From Mycolicibacterium smegmatis (lineage in GTDB: Bacteria; Actinomycetota; Actinomycetes; Mycobacteriales; Mycobacteriaceae): 32,000 bases of DNA. Where the stretch lies: positions 660,001 through 692,000 of the forward strand of contig NZ_LN831039.1 in the NCBI RefSeq assembly GCF_001457595.1, in the 5' to 3' direction. Position numbers and translations under genes: made by a program. Below are positions 22,834 through 32,000 of this stretch, one piece after another; the stretch's first letter is position 1; every line of letters begins with the position of its first letter. A model generated the notes under the pieces. That model did no database searches and had not been told where the DNA came from. It worked only from the letters and a program-made list of their open reading frames with translations.

Positions 22834-24969
22834 GTGATCACGGTGATGGACCCGCGGCACGCGATCTTGTTCGAACCCATAACGATCGGCCCGAAGGTGC
22901 TGCCGAACCGCTTTTATCAGGTCCCGCACTGCACCAGCTTCGGCGTCATCCGACCGCGCGCCCAGGCGGCCTTCCGTGGAATGAAGGCCGAGGGCGGATG
23001 GGGCGCTGTGTGCACCGAAGAGTGCTCGATTCATCCCGAGGCCGACCAGATGCCGATGGTGCTGGCACGCCTCTGGGACGACGATGACGCGGCCAATCTC
23101 TCCCTCATGACCGAGGCCGTCCGCGAGAACGGCGCCTTGGCAGGTATCGAGTTGTGGTACGGAGGCATTCACGGACTGAGCATGGAGTCTCGGGCAGTCC
23201 AGCGGGCGCCGTCTCAGATCGCCAGCGATCTCGTCCCGATGTCACCCTGCCGTGAGATGGACCTCGACGACATCAAAGCGGTTCAGGGATTCTATGTGGA
23301 CGCGGCGTTGCGCTCACGCGACGCGGGTTTCGACATCATCTGCATCTACGGTGGGCATGAAGGTCTGCTCGAACAGTTCCTTTCACCGCATTACAACAAG
23401 CGCACCGACGGATACGGCGGTTCGCTCGCCAATCGCGCGCGTATGTGGCGTGAGGTCGTCGAGGGCATTTCCGCCGCCGTCGGATCGGATTGTGCTATCT
23501 CTGTGCGGCTCTCAGCTGACACCATGCGCGGCGAAGACGGCGTCCTACTCGAACGAGACGTCCTGCCCTTCGTGGAGATGTGTGACGGGGTGGTCGACCT
23601 GTGGGATGTGCACATCGGCGGCAGTGACTGGGGAGATGACGCGACACCGTCGCGGTTCTTCAAGAGTGCCCGAGCGATGGAATGGGTGAAATCGGTCAAG
23701 CAAGCGACACGCAAACCGGTCGTCGCGGTCGGGCGCTTCACCGACCCGAACGAGATGTGCCGGGTCATCAACGAGGGCGTGCTCGACATCATCGGCGCCG
23801 CCCGGCCCTCGATCGCCGACCCATTCCTGCCGGCGAAGATCAAGGCCGGCCGGCTCGAAGACATCCGCGAATGCATCGGTTGCAACATCTGTGTGTCCCG
23901 TTTCGAGCACGGTGGACCGCCGATCGTGTGCACCCAGAACGCCACGTCCGGCGAGGAATACCGTCGGGGCTGGCATCCCGAGCGCTTCTCTAAGGCCGCC
24001 AACGCCGAGAACGACGTGCTCATCGTCGGAGCGGGTCCCGCGGGCATGGAATGTGCGCGGGTGCTCGGAGAGCGCGGTATGCGCAACGTGCACCTAGTCG
24101 ACGCAGATGCTGAGGTCGGTGGACACGTGAAGTGGGTGGCCAATCTGCCGGGACTGCGGGAATGGAGTCGCGTTATCGACTACCGGTTGACGCAGTTCGA
24201 CAAGCTCGACAACGTCACCGTTATCCCGAACACCCGGATGACGCCCCAGGACATCGTCGATTATGGCGCCAGTCTGGTCGTCATTGCATCAGGGGCACAT
24301 TGGTCCGGCCAGGGACTGGGACCTGTTACCCGCAACGGCATTCCGGGTGCGGACACTGAGTTGCCCCACGTTCTCACCCCCGAGCAGATCATGGTGGACA
24401 ACAAGCCGGTTCCCGGTGAGCGCGTGGTGATCATCGAAGCAGAGGGATACCACGTAGGCGCGGCGTTGGCCGATCGGCTCTCAGCCGCAGGCAAGTCGGT
24501 CACGGTGCTGACACACCTCGGTGAGCTCGCGCCCTACACGCACTACACGCTGGAAGCGACCCATCTGCGCAAGAAGCTCTACGCGCAGGGAGTCAGCATC
24601 GCAGCCTCCATGGTGCCCACCCGCATCACCGCGGAGGGCGTGTGGGCGCATTACGCCTACGCCGAAGCCGATGACGCCAAACTCATCGAGGCAGACGCAG
24701 TTGTCCTTGTGACCCAACGGGTCTCCGACACAACGCTCTACCGCGGTATCGTCGACGGCTTCGGCGCGGAAAAGCTTGCTGATGAGGGCATCACGGGCGT
24801 CTACCGGATCGGGGACTGTGTGGCGCCACGAATCGTTGCGGAGTCAGTCTTCGATGGGCACCGCCTGGCGCGGGAAATCGACTCCGAAGACCCGTCGATG
24901 CCGTTGCCGTACCTGCGTGAGCGCCCCATCGCCCGGGAACTGCCGCTCCTGACCGTGCAGCGGGCTTGA
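22834..24969 (+). CDS. trimethylamine/dimethylamine/histamine dehydrogenase-family flavoprotein (FMN + 4Fe-4S + ADP-binding domains)
   Basis: Collinear with the Methylophilus TMADH sequence as I remember it: DPRHAILFEPITIGPKVLPNRFYQVPHC..., KAEGGW, ELWYGG, NKRTDGYGGSLANRAR. The 4Fe-4S motif CIGCNICVSRFEHGGPPIVCTQNAT is at 23872-23931, and GAGPAG is present. The start is probably GTG 22843 or ATG 22846 rather than 22834, which directly abuts the GGAAGG. Confidence 0.85.
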   Translation: MITVMDPRHAILFEPITIGPKVLPNRFYQVPHCTSFGVIRPRAQAAFRGMKAEGGWGAVCTEECSIHPEADQMPMVLARLWDDDDAANLSLMTEAVRENGALAGIELWYGGIHGLSMESRAVQRAPSQIASDLVPMSPCREMDLDDIKAVQGFYVDAALRSRDAGFDIICIYGGHEGLLEQFLSPHYNKRTDGYGGSLANRARMWREVVEGISAAVGSDCAISVRLSADTMRGEDGVLLERDVLPFVEMCDGVVDLWDVHIGGSDWGDDATPSRFFKSARAMEWVKSVKQATRKPVVAVGRFTDPNEMCRVINEGVLDIIGAARPSIADPFLPAKIKAGRLEDIRECIGCNICVSRFEHGGPPIVCTQNATSGEEYRRGWHPERFSKAANAENDVLIVGAGPAGMECARVLGERGMRNVHLVDADAEVGGHVKWVANLPGLREWSRVIDYRLTQFDKLDNVTVIPNTRMTPQDIVDYGASLVVIASGAHWSGQGLGPVTRNGIPGADTELPHVLTPEQIMVDNKPVPGERVVIIEAEGYHVGAALADRLSAAGKSVTVLTHLGELAPYTHYTLEATHLRKKLYAQGVSIAASMVPTRITAEGVWAHYAYAEADDAKLIEADAVVLVTQRVSDTTLYRGIVDGFGAEKLADEGITGVYRIGDCVAPRIVAESVFDGHRLAREIDSEDPSMPLPYLRERPIARELPLLTVQRA

Positions 24970-25231
24970 CGAAATGCCTTGGTATAAGCGCCAGAAAAAC
25001 TGACAACCGGATCTGGCATGGGGAGGTCGTCCGGGCGCAGGATTGCGTGAGCAAGCGGCGCCTGGCGGCGACCATTGAATGGGTTTACCAAACGCCTCAG
25101 GGCGAGGGTGTGCGCGGCACGGTATGCGGCGCAAGTACATCGAACGATCGATGTTTGGTTCGACGCGCGGCCGGCTGATGGGCCTCGAAGGGCTGAGACC
25201 GCGGCTGGCTCGCGCGTTGCGCTACAGTTCG

Positions 25232-25564
25232 TCAATCGTTCAGGGCTGCCTGTGGTTTGGTGCCGCGGGCGGACTGAACAGCTGCGACGGCACGCACGAT
25301 CCGCAAACGATCCTCGAACCTGATGTCCTGGGGTAGCCACACAGAGGCGATGGTTTGGACACGTTGCGGTACATCACGCTCGCGAATGCCGAAGAGCGGC
25401 AGAGTTTCCTCGTCTGGCGGGCCGCCGTAACGGCGCCATTGGATCACGAAATCCAGTAATGCACGGTTGAAGTCGTCAAGGCGGGGCCTGCGCTCGGGCT
25501 GTGTTCCCGCGGTACGGCGGATATTCACGCCTGAGGAGTGGTCGCTTGTCCGGTTAGTCAACAT
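25232..25564 (-). CDS. hypothetical protein (weak DUF3263-like pattern)
   Basis: 110-aa ORF and the only sizeable ORF in a 1.2-kb gap. LLDFVIQWRRYGGPPDEETLPLFGI loosely resembles the ILxFExxW...G.KE..I...FG pattern of DUF3263. No RBS checked. Confidence 0.3.
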   Translation of the reverse strand: MLTNRTSDHSSGVNIRRTAGTQPERRPRLDDFNRALLDFVIQWRRYGGPPDEETLPLFGIRERDVPQRVQTIASVWLPQDIRFEDRLRIVRAVAAVQSARGTKPQAALND

Positions 25565-26199
25565 CTCACCCCTATCGGTCTGGGACTGTCCGATCTCAAT
25601 CTCGACCTCATGCCAGTCCTGATCTCGGTGGTACGTGCCTCGTTCAGCCGCGAGCCGACAGCTTGTCAGCGGTCCTGGCGGCCAACTTGATCGAAGATCT
25701 CCGGCGTCGGTGCGGAGGACCCACCTCCCGCCGCCGAAGGTCCATCGACTTGGCTCGCGGTGCCTGACGGGGCACCTACGTCTGGACGACGTTCATCTGG
25801 TGTAGTGGGGATCACATTCAGGGAGTTTCCGGTTCATCTCGCGCGCAGGCACTAGGCGAAGTGTCGCGGTTTGTTCAAATGAATCCGACGCAATGTCACC
25901 CCCGTGCATCGCTCCTGCGAGGTCGTTGATGGTTCGGCATCAAGGGACGACCGTGGTTCGCGCCTGAGCTAGTGCGGAATTCTTTGCGGGACAATGCAGA
26001 GGAACGCTTCTGCGCGTCAGTGTCCTTGCCGCCAGTAGAGGGTTACGCCTCGTTGAACGCGGGACCGCCGGCGAGGATTGTGCAGCTTGGGGTCCGACCC
26101 GGCAACTCAGCGGTGTGGACACTATGTCGACCTCGGCGCTGGCATTGCCGACATTTCGCCTTTCGACGCCGTCACCCCGGCTTGACCACACTGAATCCC

Positions 26200-27558
26200 A
26201 TGAGTTCGTCACTGACAGATGCCACTTCCGTCCACTTCAGCACGTCGGACGCTGCGGACCTTGCGGCCGCGGATTCCCAGCACGTCATCCACGGCTTCAG
26301 CCCGTTCGGTGACCGAACGCCCGGCCCGATCTTCAAGTCGGGACGCGGAATAACGCTGACCGACGTAGAGGGCCAGGACTGGCTCGACGCCTGCGCAGGC
26401 CAGGCCAACGTCGCACTGGGTTACGGTCGCACGGATATCGCGGACGTGGTCGCTAACGCGCTACGCGAGCTGACCTTCGGCACGCACTTTTACCAGCGTC
26501 GCAGCCACGTGGGCATATCCCGGTTGGCCGAACGACTGGCCGAGATCACTCCGGCCGGACTCGATCAGTTCGTGTTCATGCTCGGCGGATCCGATGCGGT
26601 GGAGACCGCAATCAAGATTGCCCGGTTCTCCAATGCTGCCGCGGGACGCCCCGAGAAGACGCACATCATCGGCCGGTGGAACAGCTACCACGGCGTCACC
26701 TACGCCGGGTCCAGCATGACTGGCGATCCTGCGATGTGGCGCAACATCGGCCCACGACTCCCCGGGTTCTCCCACATCGACCAGCCGGAGACCGACTCGG
26801 TCGGCGCCGCGCGCCTGCTGGAGGACGAGATCCTGCGCATCGGGGCCGACAAGGTCGCCGCATTCATGGCCGAGCCGATCTCGACCCCGAACGGTATCGT
26901 CGTGCCGCCGGACGACTACTGGACCCAGATCCGAGAGATCTGCGATCGCTACGACATCTTGCTGATCAGCGACGAGGTGCTCACCGGATTCGGCCGCAGC
27001 GGAACCATGTTCGCGGTGGAGAACTGGAACCTGCGCCCCGACATCCTCACCATGTCCAAGGCCATCACCGCCGGGTTCTTCCCGCTGGCGGTCGTGGCGA
27101 TCAGTGGAGAACTCCGCGAGAAGCTGTCGGCCAGTAGCGACCCCTTCGTCCACGGCGTGACCGCCGGAGGACACCCGGGGGCCTGCGCCGCCGCCCTGGC
27201 CACCCTGGACATCTACGAACGCGAGAACGTCCTGGCCAACAGCCTCATCGCCGGGAAGTACCTTTCGACGCGGCTGGAGGCCCTCGCCGACACCTACCCG
27301 GTGCTCGACAAGAGCAGCGTCCGTGGAATCGGGATGATGCACGCGGTCGACCTCGCCGAAGGCGTCGACCCCGAGTACGGCGCGGCGTTGCACGCCGAGT
27401 TCCTCAAGCAGCGCGTCTTTGTGCGTACCTACCGCGCAAATCAGACCATCGGGTTGTTGCCCTCGTTGACTCTGAGCACCGAGGATGTGGACGCCATCAC
27501 CCGGCGTATGGCGGCGGCACTGGAGGCCACTCGGCCGCCGGCCGGCTCTGGCAACTGA
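26200..27558 (+). CDS. class-III (omega) pyridoxal-phosphate aminotransferase
   Basis: 452 aa from the ATG at 26200. Has GQANVALGYGR, GGSDAVETAIKIAR, LISDEVLTGFGRSG and the PLP-lysine context DILTMSKAITAGFFPL. Confidence 0.9.
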   Translation: MSSSLTDATSVHFSTSDAADLAAADSQHVIHGFSPFGDRTPGPIFKSGRGITLTDVEGQDWLDACAGQANVALGYGRTDIADVVANALRELTFGTHFYQRRSHVGISRLAERLAEITPAGLDQFVFMLGGSDAVETAIKIARFSNAAAGRPEKTHIIGRWNSYHGVTYAGSSMTGDPAMWRNIGPRLPGFSHIDQPETDSVGAARLLEDEILRIGADKVAAFMAEPISTPNGIVVPPDDYWTQIREICDRYDILLISDEVLTGFGRSGTMFAVENWNLRPDILTMSKAITAGFFPLAVVAISGELREKLSASSDPFVHGVTAGGHPGACAAALATLDIYERENVLANSLIAGKYLSTRLEALADTYPVLDKSSVRGIGMMHAVDLAEGVDPEYGAALHAEFLKQRVFVRTYRANQTIGLLPSLTLSTEDVDAITRRMAAALEATRPPAGSGN

Positions 27559-27604
27559 TCTTCCGACCCGAGCAAGGTTCCCCAGCAAACGAAAAGAAAG
27601 AACC

Positions 27605-29101
27605 ATGACGCAAACCATCAAGAGCTCGCTCATCGAACGCGTTCCCGCCCTGGAGCGCCTGACGCGCCCGTTCATCGGCGGTGCCTACGTCGACGCGCGC
27701 TCGTCGGAGACGTTCGAGAACATCAGCCCCGTCAATGGTGACCGGCTGCCCGACCTGGCCTCCGGTGATGCCGCCGATATCGACGCCGCGGTGGCCTCCG
27801 CCCGCGACAGTTTCGAAAACGGTGACTGGCGGCGGCGCTCGCCGCGTGAGCGCAAGGTCGTGCTGCAGCAACTCGCCCGCAGCCTGCGGGACAACACCGA
27901 GGAACTCGCTGCCCTGCAGACCGTCGAGATGGGCAAGCCGATCAAGGACGGCCGCTGGGAGGTCGACTACAGCGCCACCGTGCTGGAGTGGTTCGGCGAA
28001 GCTGTCGACCACCTCTATGACGAGGTTGCACCCATCGGTGAGGTCGGCCACGCCACCATCACCCGGGTTCCGGTCGGTGTTGTCGCCGCGATCACCCCGT
28101 GGAACAACCCGCTGCTGATGCCGGCGGTGAAGATTGCCCCGGCGCTTGCCGCCGGCAACTCGATGGTCCTCAAGCCCGCCGAGCAGTCACCGGCGATAGC
28201 CTTGCGGATCGCCGAATTGGCGCTGGAGGCCGGTATCCCCGCCGGTGTTCTCAACGTCGTCCCAGGGCTCGGCGAGACCGCAGGCAAGGCGCTGTCGGAA
28301 CACCAGGACGTCGAGGCGATCGGATTCACGGGGTCCACGACCGTCGGCCGGATCATCTTGAAGGCCGCAGCCGATTCCAACCTCAAGAAGGTCTCCCTTG
28401 AGCTCGGTGGCAAGTCGCCGGCCCTGGTGCTCGAAGATGCCGCCGGCATGCTTGACCTCATCGCCGTCAAGACCGCGGAATCGATCTTCGGGAACGCGGG
28501 ACAGATGTGCGACTCGAGTTCGCGCCTGATCGTGCACGAGTCGCTGGCCGACGAGTTGGTGGCCCGAATGGGCGCGGTGGCAGCCAATTGGCAGCCGGGG
28601 GACCCCTTCGACGATACCACCGCGATGGGTGCCATCGTGGATTCCCGCCAGCTGGAGCGGATCATGGGCTTCATCGAGGGCGCTGTGCCCGGCGGTGCGT
28701 CAATCGCCCACGGCGGCAACCGCGTTCGCCAGGAATCCGGCGGATTCTACGTGGAGCCAACTGTCATCCGCGGTGTCACCAACGACATGGACATCGCCCG
28801 CAAGGAGATCTTCGGACCGGTGCTCTCGGTCATCACGTTCTCCGACGAGGAAGAGGGTCTGCGCATCGCCAACGACACCTCCTACGGGTTGGCGGCCAAG
28901 CTGTGGACCGGAAACCTGAAGAAGGCGCACCGTCTCGCCCGTGAGCTCCGCTCGGGCGCGGTGCTGGTCAACGGTGACGAACTCTTCGACGTCACGCTGC
29001 CGCACGGCGGCTTCAAGCTCTCCGGTATCGGCCGCGACTACTCGCACCACGCTTTCGACAACTGGACCCAGTTGAAGACCACCTTCATCAACCTGTTGTG
29101 A
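27605..29101 (+). CDS. NAD(P)-dependent aldehyde dehydrogenase
   Basis: 498 aa from the ATG at 27605. Has ITPWNNPLLM, ELGGKSP and the catalytic Cys context FGNAGQMCDSSSR. It lies 46 nt after the aminotransferase stop, so an operon is likely. Confidence 0.9.
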   Translation: MTQTIKSSLIERVPALERLTRPFIGGAYVDARSSETFENISPVNGDRLPDLASGDAADIDAAVASARDSFENGDWRRRSPRERKVVLQQLARSLRDNTEELAALQTVEMGKPIKDGRWEVDYSATVLEWFGEAVDHLYDEVAPIGEVGHATITRVPVGVVAAITPWNNPLLMPAVKIAPALAAGNSMVLKPAEQSPAIALRIAELALEAGIPAGVLNVVPGLGETAGKALSEHQDVEAIGFTGSTTVGRIILKAAADSNLKKVSLELGGKSPALVLEDAAGMLDLIAVKTAESIFGNAGQMCDSSSRLIVHESLADELVARMGAVAANWQPGDPFDDTTAMGAIVDSRQLERIMGFIEGAVPGGASIAHGGNRVRQESGGFYVEPTVIRGVTNDMDIARKEIFGPVLSVITFSDEEEGLRIANDTSYGLAAKLWTGNLKKAHRLARELRSGAVLVNGDELFDVTLPHGGFKLSGIGRDYSHHAFDNWTQLKTTFINLL

Positions 29102-29114
29102 CACCTTGAAACCG

Positions 29115-29148
29115 GCTGCCGCCGTGGGCATCTGCCCGCGGCGGCAGC
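29115..29148. terminator. strong GC-rich hairpin between convergent genes (candidate bidirectional terminator)
   Basis: GCTGCCGCCGTGGGCA (29115-29130), TC, TGCCCGCGGCGGCAGC (29133-29148). This gives 16-nt arms with one T:G position. It lies between the stops at 29101 and 29169. Confidence 0.5.
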
Positions 29149-29168
29149 TGCCGTTCGAGGGCCCGGAG

Positions 29169-30794
29169 TCAGATCTGGTCGGTAGGGATGTGGCTGAGCA
29201 CTCGCAACGCGAGATGCAGCCCCAGTCGGACGTCCGAGTCGTCGAGATCGACCCCAAGCAGCGACTGAATCCGCTCCACCCGGTTGTAGAGCGATTGCCG
29301 CTCCAGGTGCAGAGCACGGGCTGTTTCGGTTTTCTGTCCGTGCTGTTCCAGCAGTACCTGCAGGGTCTTGACCAGTTGAGTGTGGCGCTGCGCGTCGTAG
29401 TTGACCAACCGTTCCAGTCGCAGCCGGGCGAAACGTTCCAGATCGGGATTGTCGCGCAGACTCCAGATCAACCGGTCGAGATCAAGATCTGTGGCATCGT
29501 GCCAGGCGCGCGGCGGACTGTGTAGTGCGCCCTCCAAGGCATCGACGGAGACGGCCAGGCCCTCGGTCGCTGCCTGCCACGTGTGCACGGCAGGACCGAC
29601 CGACAAGACCGCCGCCCGCGGCTCGCCGAGATGGCGCTTGGCGGCGTCCTGGATGACCTGCGCGACTCTGTCGGCGATGCGGCTACGGTTCGCGACATCC
29701 TCGACACCGATCATGGCCAAGGTCGGGCCGGCTGTCGTGGTTTCGTCGATCAGTGCAGGTATTCCGATGTTTTCCAGCTCAGTGTGGACATCGCGCCACA
29801 CGAGGCGCCATTGATGATCTTCGGCAGCGACGGTGGCCGCCCGATGATGGCGTGCCCGCCGAATCCCGATGGGGACCAAAACCGGCGGCGTGAACCCGAG
29901 TGCGACGGCGCGGGCCTCGGCTGCGTAGGGTTCGGTCGAGCCGGCCAGCAGTGAGGTCAGAAGACCGCCGTGCCGGCCGTGGTTGGCAAACACCGCATCG
30001 CGGCGACGATTGCCGATCACGATCAGACTCACTACTTGCGCGGCGCGCTCCAGCGCTACCGTGGCTACCTCGTCGAAGCCTCCACCTTCGGCAATGCTGA
30101 GACCGAGCGCCACGAGGCGGCCGTCACGCGCGCCGTCGATGGTCAGATGCTTCTCGATGAACGGCGGTGCGCTGTCGACGCACCTGGTGATCAACTCCCA
30201 GCCCGCGGTGACGTCGCGCTCGGTGAGGCCGTTCAACGCTCGATATACGAATCCGCCGCCAGCGCGCTCGTAGAGGACTGGCTCACCCACTGCCGCAGCG
30301 AGGGCGTCGAGTACCTCGGCGATCCCGCCGCCTTCGAGTACCAGCTCGGTCAGTCGACGCTGAAGTTCCTGTGCATGATCCAGCAGCGTGATCTTCTGGT
30401 TGACGATCTGGGTGTGAATCGCCTCGGTGACGTCGATGAACGCAACCGGGAGATGCAACGCCACCAGCGTGAGATTGCGCTTCTGGCATTCGTCGATGAG
30501 GTGCCGCGGGACGCTACGGAAGTTGGCGCCGAGCTCGAGCACCATGGCGGCGATTCCGCGTTCAGCCAATTCCGCGATGAGTCGCCGGTCCGACGCTTCC
30601 GGCCCGTGGAACATGCGGCCCTCGGTGAGCACCAGTTCGCCGCCACGCAGAACAGACGCGATATCGCGAACCTCGACCACGTGTACCCAGCGGATGGGGC
30701 GGTCGAGGTTCTCTCGGCCCGCGATCACTTCGGGCGCGCCGCCGCGTAGGGCGGGCAGCTGTAGGGCAGCTCGAACGGTCAAGGCTTCAGACAC
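29169..30794 (-). CDS. PucR-family transcriptional regulator
   Basis: 541 aa with a GTG start. The N-terminus is LTVRAALQLPALRGGAPEVIAGRENLDRPIRWVHVVEV. The C-terminal PucR-type HTH is TARALHLERQSLYNRVERIQSLLGVDLDDSDVRLGLHLALRVL. Confidence 0.85.
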   Translation of the reverse strand: MSEALTVRAALQLPALRGGAPEVIAGRENLDRPIRWVHVVEVRDIASVLRGGELVLTEGRMFHGPEASDRRLIAELAERGIAAMVLELGANFRSVPRHLIDECQKRNLTLVALHLPVAFIDVTEAIHTQIVNQKITLLDHAQELQRRLTELVLEGGGIAEVLDALAAAVGEPVLYERAGGGFVYRALNGLTERDVTAGWELITRCVDSAPPFIEKHLTIDGARDGRLVALGLSIAEGGGFDEVATVALERAAQVVSLIVIGNRRRDAVFANHGRHGGLLTSLLAGSTEPYAAEARAVALGFTPPVLVPIGIRRARHHRAATVAAEDHQWRLVWRDVHTELENIGIPALIDETTTAGPTLAMIGVEDVANRSRIADRVAQVIQDAAKRHLGEPRAAVLSVGPAVHTWQAATEGLAVSVDALEGALHSPPRAWHDATDLDLDRLIWSLRDNPDLERFARLRLERLVNYDAQRHTQLVKTLQVLLEQHGQKTETARALHLERQSLYNRVERIQSLLGVDLDDSDVRLGLHLALRVLSHIPTDQI

Positions 30795-30959
30795 TTACCA
30801 AGTGTGGCTGACTCGCCGGTCGTTGCAGAATTACTGCCGAAATTCCGACATCCTGTCGCGCCTGATCCCGAGATGCTTGACATGACGCGGGTCGCCGGGC
30901 CCGGCAATATGCAGAAACATTTCGCGAAGCATCTGCTGACTGGATGAAGGAGGCTGCCG

Positions 30960-32000
30960 GTGAGTATGCCGATCGTCGGTTACACAGATCGCCTCACAGT
31001 GGAGCCGGGCCAAACAGTTGAATTCAAGATCAGCAGTGTTGAGCCGACCTTTCACGCCACGCTGGTGCGCTTGCTCCACGGCGACGACAATCCTGCCGGT
31101 CCTGGCTTCAAGGCAACGCGCGTTCCTTCGGCCATCGAGGGACCCCATCCAGGCCGGTACCAGTCCCTGCGCCCGGGCTCCTACGTCCACATTCCGCATC
31201 GTGCGGGGTTGACACCGTCGGCCAGCTTCTCCATCCATCTGTGGATGTGGATCAACTCGGCAACCGGCGGTCGACAGACCCTGCTGTCTCAAGGGTCGGT
31301 CGACGACGGCGGATATGCCCTCCGCATGGAGGACAGCAGGATCACCGCTCGGGTTGGCGATCAGGCGGTCACCGTGGCCAGCCCGATCCTGCCCCGCCGG
31401 TGGTACTCGGTAGCGGCAGTGTTCGACACCGCCGCAGGTGAGCTGCGCCTCGATGTGGTACCCTTGGCGATCAACCGGGCCCCCCATCACGACCGCGCGT
31501 GCAGTTCGATCGGTATGCCCACACCCGGTGTGGCTGACGTCCTCATCGGTGCCGAGAAGCTCAGCGACGGGCAGGTCGGAAACTTCTGTAACGGCAAGAT
31601 CGATTCCCCCCGCATCTATCCGACGGCGCTCAACGATGCCGAGCTGGAATCGATCAGGCAGGACACCTCCAACCAGGCTGCGGCTTCTCCCTTGGCCGCA
31701 TGGGATTTCGCCGCCGACATCAGCAATTGGACGGTGACCGACGTCGTCGGCGGATTCCACGGACACACCGTCAACAAACCGATGCGAGGCGCTACCGGCC
31801 ATAACTGGGACGGGTCGGAAACGTCGTGGGCGCACGCACCGGCGCAATACGGCGCCATCCACTTTCACGACGACGACCTTGCCGATGCGGGCTGGGAGAC
31901 AGCCTTTCAGTGGACGGTTCCCGACGAACTGCCCAGCGCCGTCTACGCGGCACATGTGACCGCTGGCGATGCCGAGGACTACATCCCGGTGTTCGTTCGC
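30960..32000 (+). CDS. N,N-dimethylformamidase large (beta) subunit-like protein, LamG-domain family; 3' end outside the window
   Basis: This frame is open from the GTG at 30960 (GAAGGAGG 6 nt upstream; ATG at 30966 is also possible) to the window end, so it is absent from the ORF track. The translation is PIVGYTDRLTVEPGQTVEFKIS...ATLVRLLHGDDNPAGPGFK...GKIDSPRIY...LAAWDF...RGATGHNWDGSE...QYGAIHFHDDDL...EDYIPVFV. It parallels the DmfA2 N-terminal half as I recall it. Confidence 0.75.
   Translation, partial: MSMPIVGYTDRLTVEPGQTVEFKISSVEPTFHATLVRLLHGDDNPAGPGFKATRVPSAIEGPHPGRYQSLRPGSYVHIPHRAGLTPSASFSIHLWMWINSATGGRQTLLSQGSVDDGGYALRMEDSRITARVGDQAVTVASPILPRRWYSVAAVFDTAAGELRLDVVPLAINRAPHHDRACSSIGMPTPGVADVLIGAEKLSDGQVGNFCNGKIDSPRIYPTALNDAELESIRQDTSNQAAASPLAAWDFAADISNWTVTDVVGGFHGHTVNKPMRGATGHNWDGSETSWAHAPAQYGAIHFHDDDLADAGWETAFQWTVPDELPSAVYAAHVTAGDAEDYIPVFVR

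Noticed and set aside
26461-27675. 404-aa minus-strand ORF
   Set aside because: Antisense shadow of the aminotransferase. No recognisable motifs and an Arg/Gly-rich composition.
30876-30912. TTGACA hexamer in the pucR / DMFase-like divergent region as a promoter -35 element
   Set aside because: The nearest -10-like hexamer (CAATAT) lies about 22 nt away, which is too long a spacer. I cannot support a promoter call from sequence alone.
30831-31955. 374-aa minus-strand ORF
   Set aside because: It lies antisense to the DMFase-like gene, which has clear family similarity. Its composition is Arg/Gly/Pro-rich, as expected of a shadow ORF in high-GC DNA.

Overview
This is a high-GC actinobacterial chromosome window, Mycobacteriaceae-like by gene content (my inference). 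I saw no rRNA, tRNA or CRISPR array. It falls into three parts.

(1) 1-8190 is ordinary core metabolism. It holds an SDR, two small envelope proteins, a two-domain acyl-CoA dehydrogenase, and a translationally coupled tetR / alpha-beta hydrolase / 2-hydroxyacid dehydrogenase operon. That operon is divergent from a VOC/glyoxalase gene, with a palindromic operator between them. A TIGR00027-type SAM methyltransferase follows.

(2) About 8190-22360 is an accessory block that looks lower in GC by eye and is full of IS elements. It starts with an internal fragment of a large NAD-glutamate dehydrogenase. It carries two diverged IS1380-family elements (A and B) plus a 185-nt fragment of a third copy. 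It also carries two inverted copies of a two-ORF IS3-family element, which I call ISx. One ISx copy contains a second IS3-family element (ISy), which itself contains an IS30-family element. Between the ISx copies lies a 3.6-kb segment encoding a SnoaL-like protein, a cytochrome P450 and an MFS transporter. The junction sequences allow a fairly detailed reconstruction. Both IS1380 elements inserted at the same CTTAG pentamer inside ISx. An inversion of about 12.8 kb between IS1380 copies is also inferred.

(3) 22360-32000 is a putative amine/amide catabolic cluster. It holds a trimethylamine-dehydrogenase-family flavoprotein with an altered substrate pocket, a class-III aminotransferase, an aldehyde dehydrogenase, a PucR-family regulator, and a 3'-truncated N,N-dimethylformamidase-large-subunit-like gene that the ORF track misses because it runs off the window.

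I did not find an unambiguous new system such as a defence island. The observations most worth following up are the site-specific targeting of one IS by another, the reconstructed rearrangement, the uncharacterised amine module, and the atypical P450.
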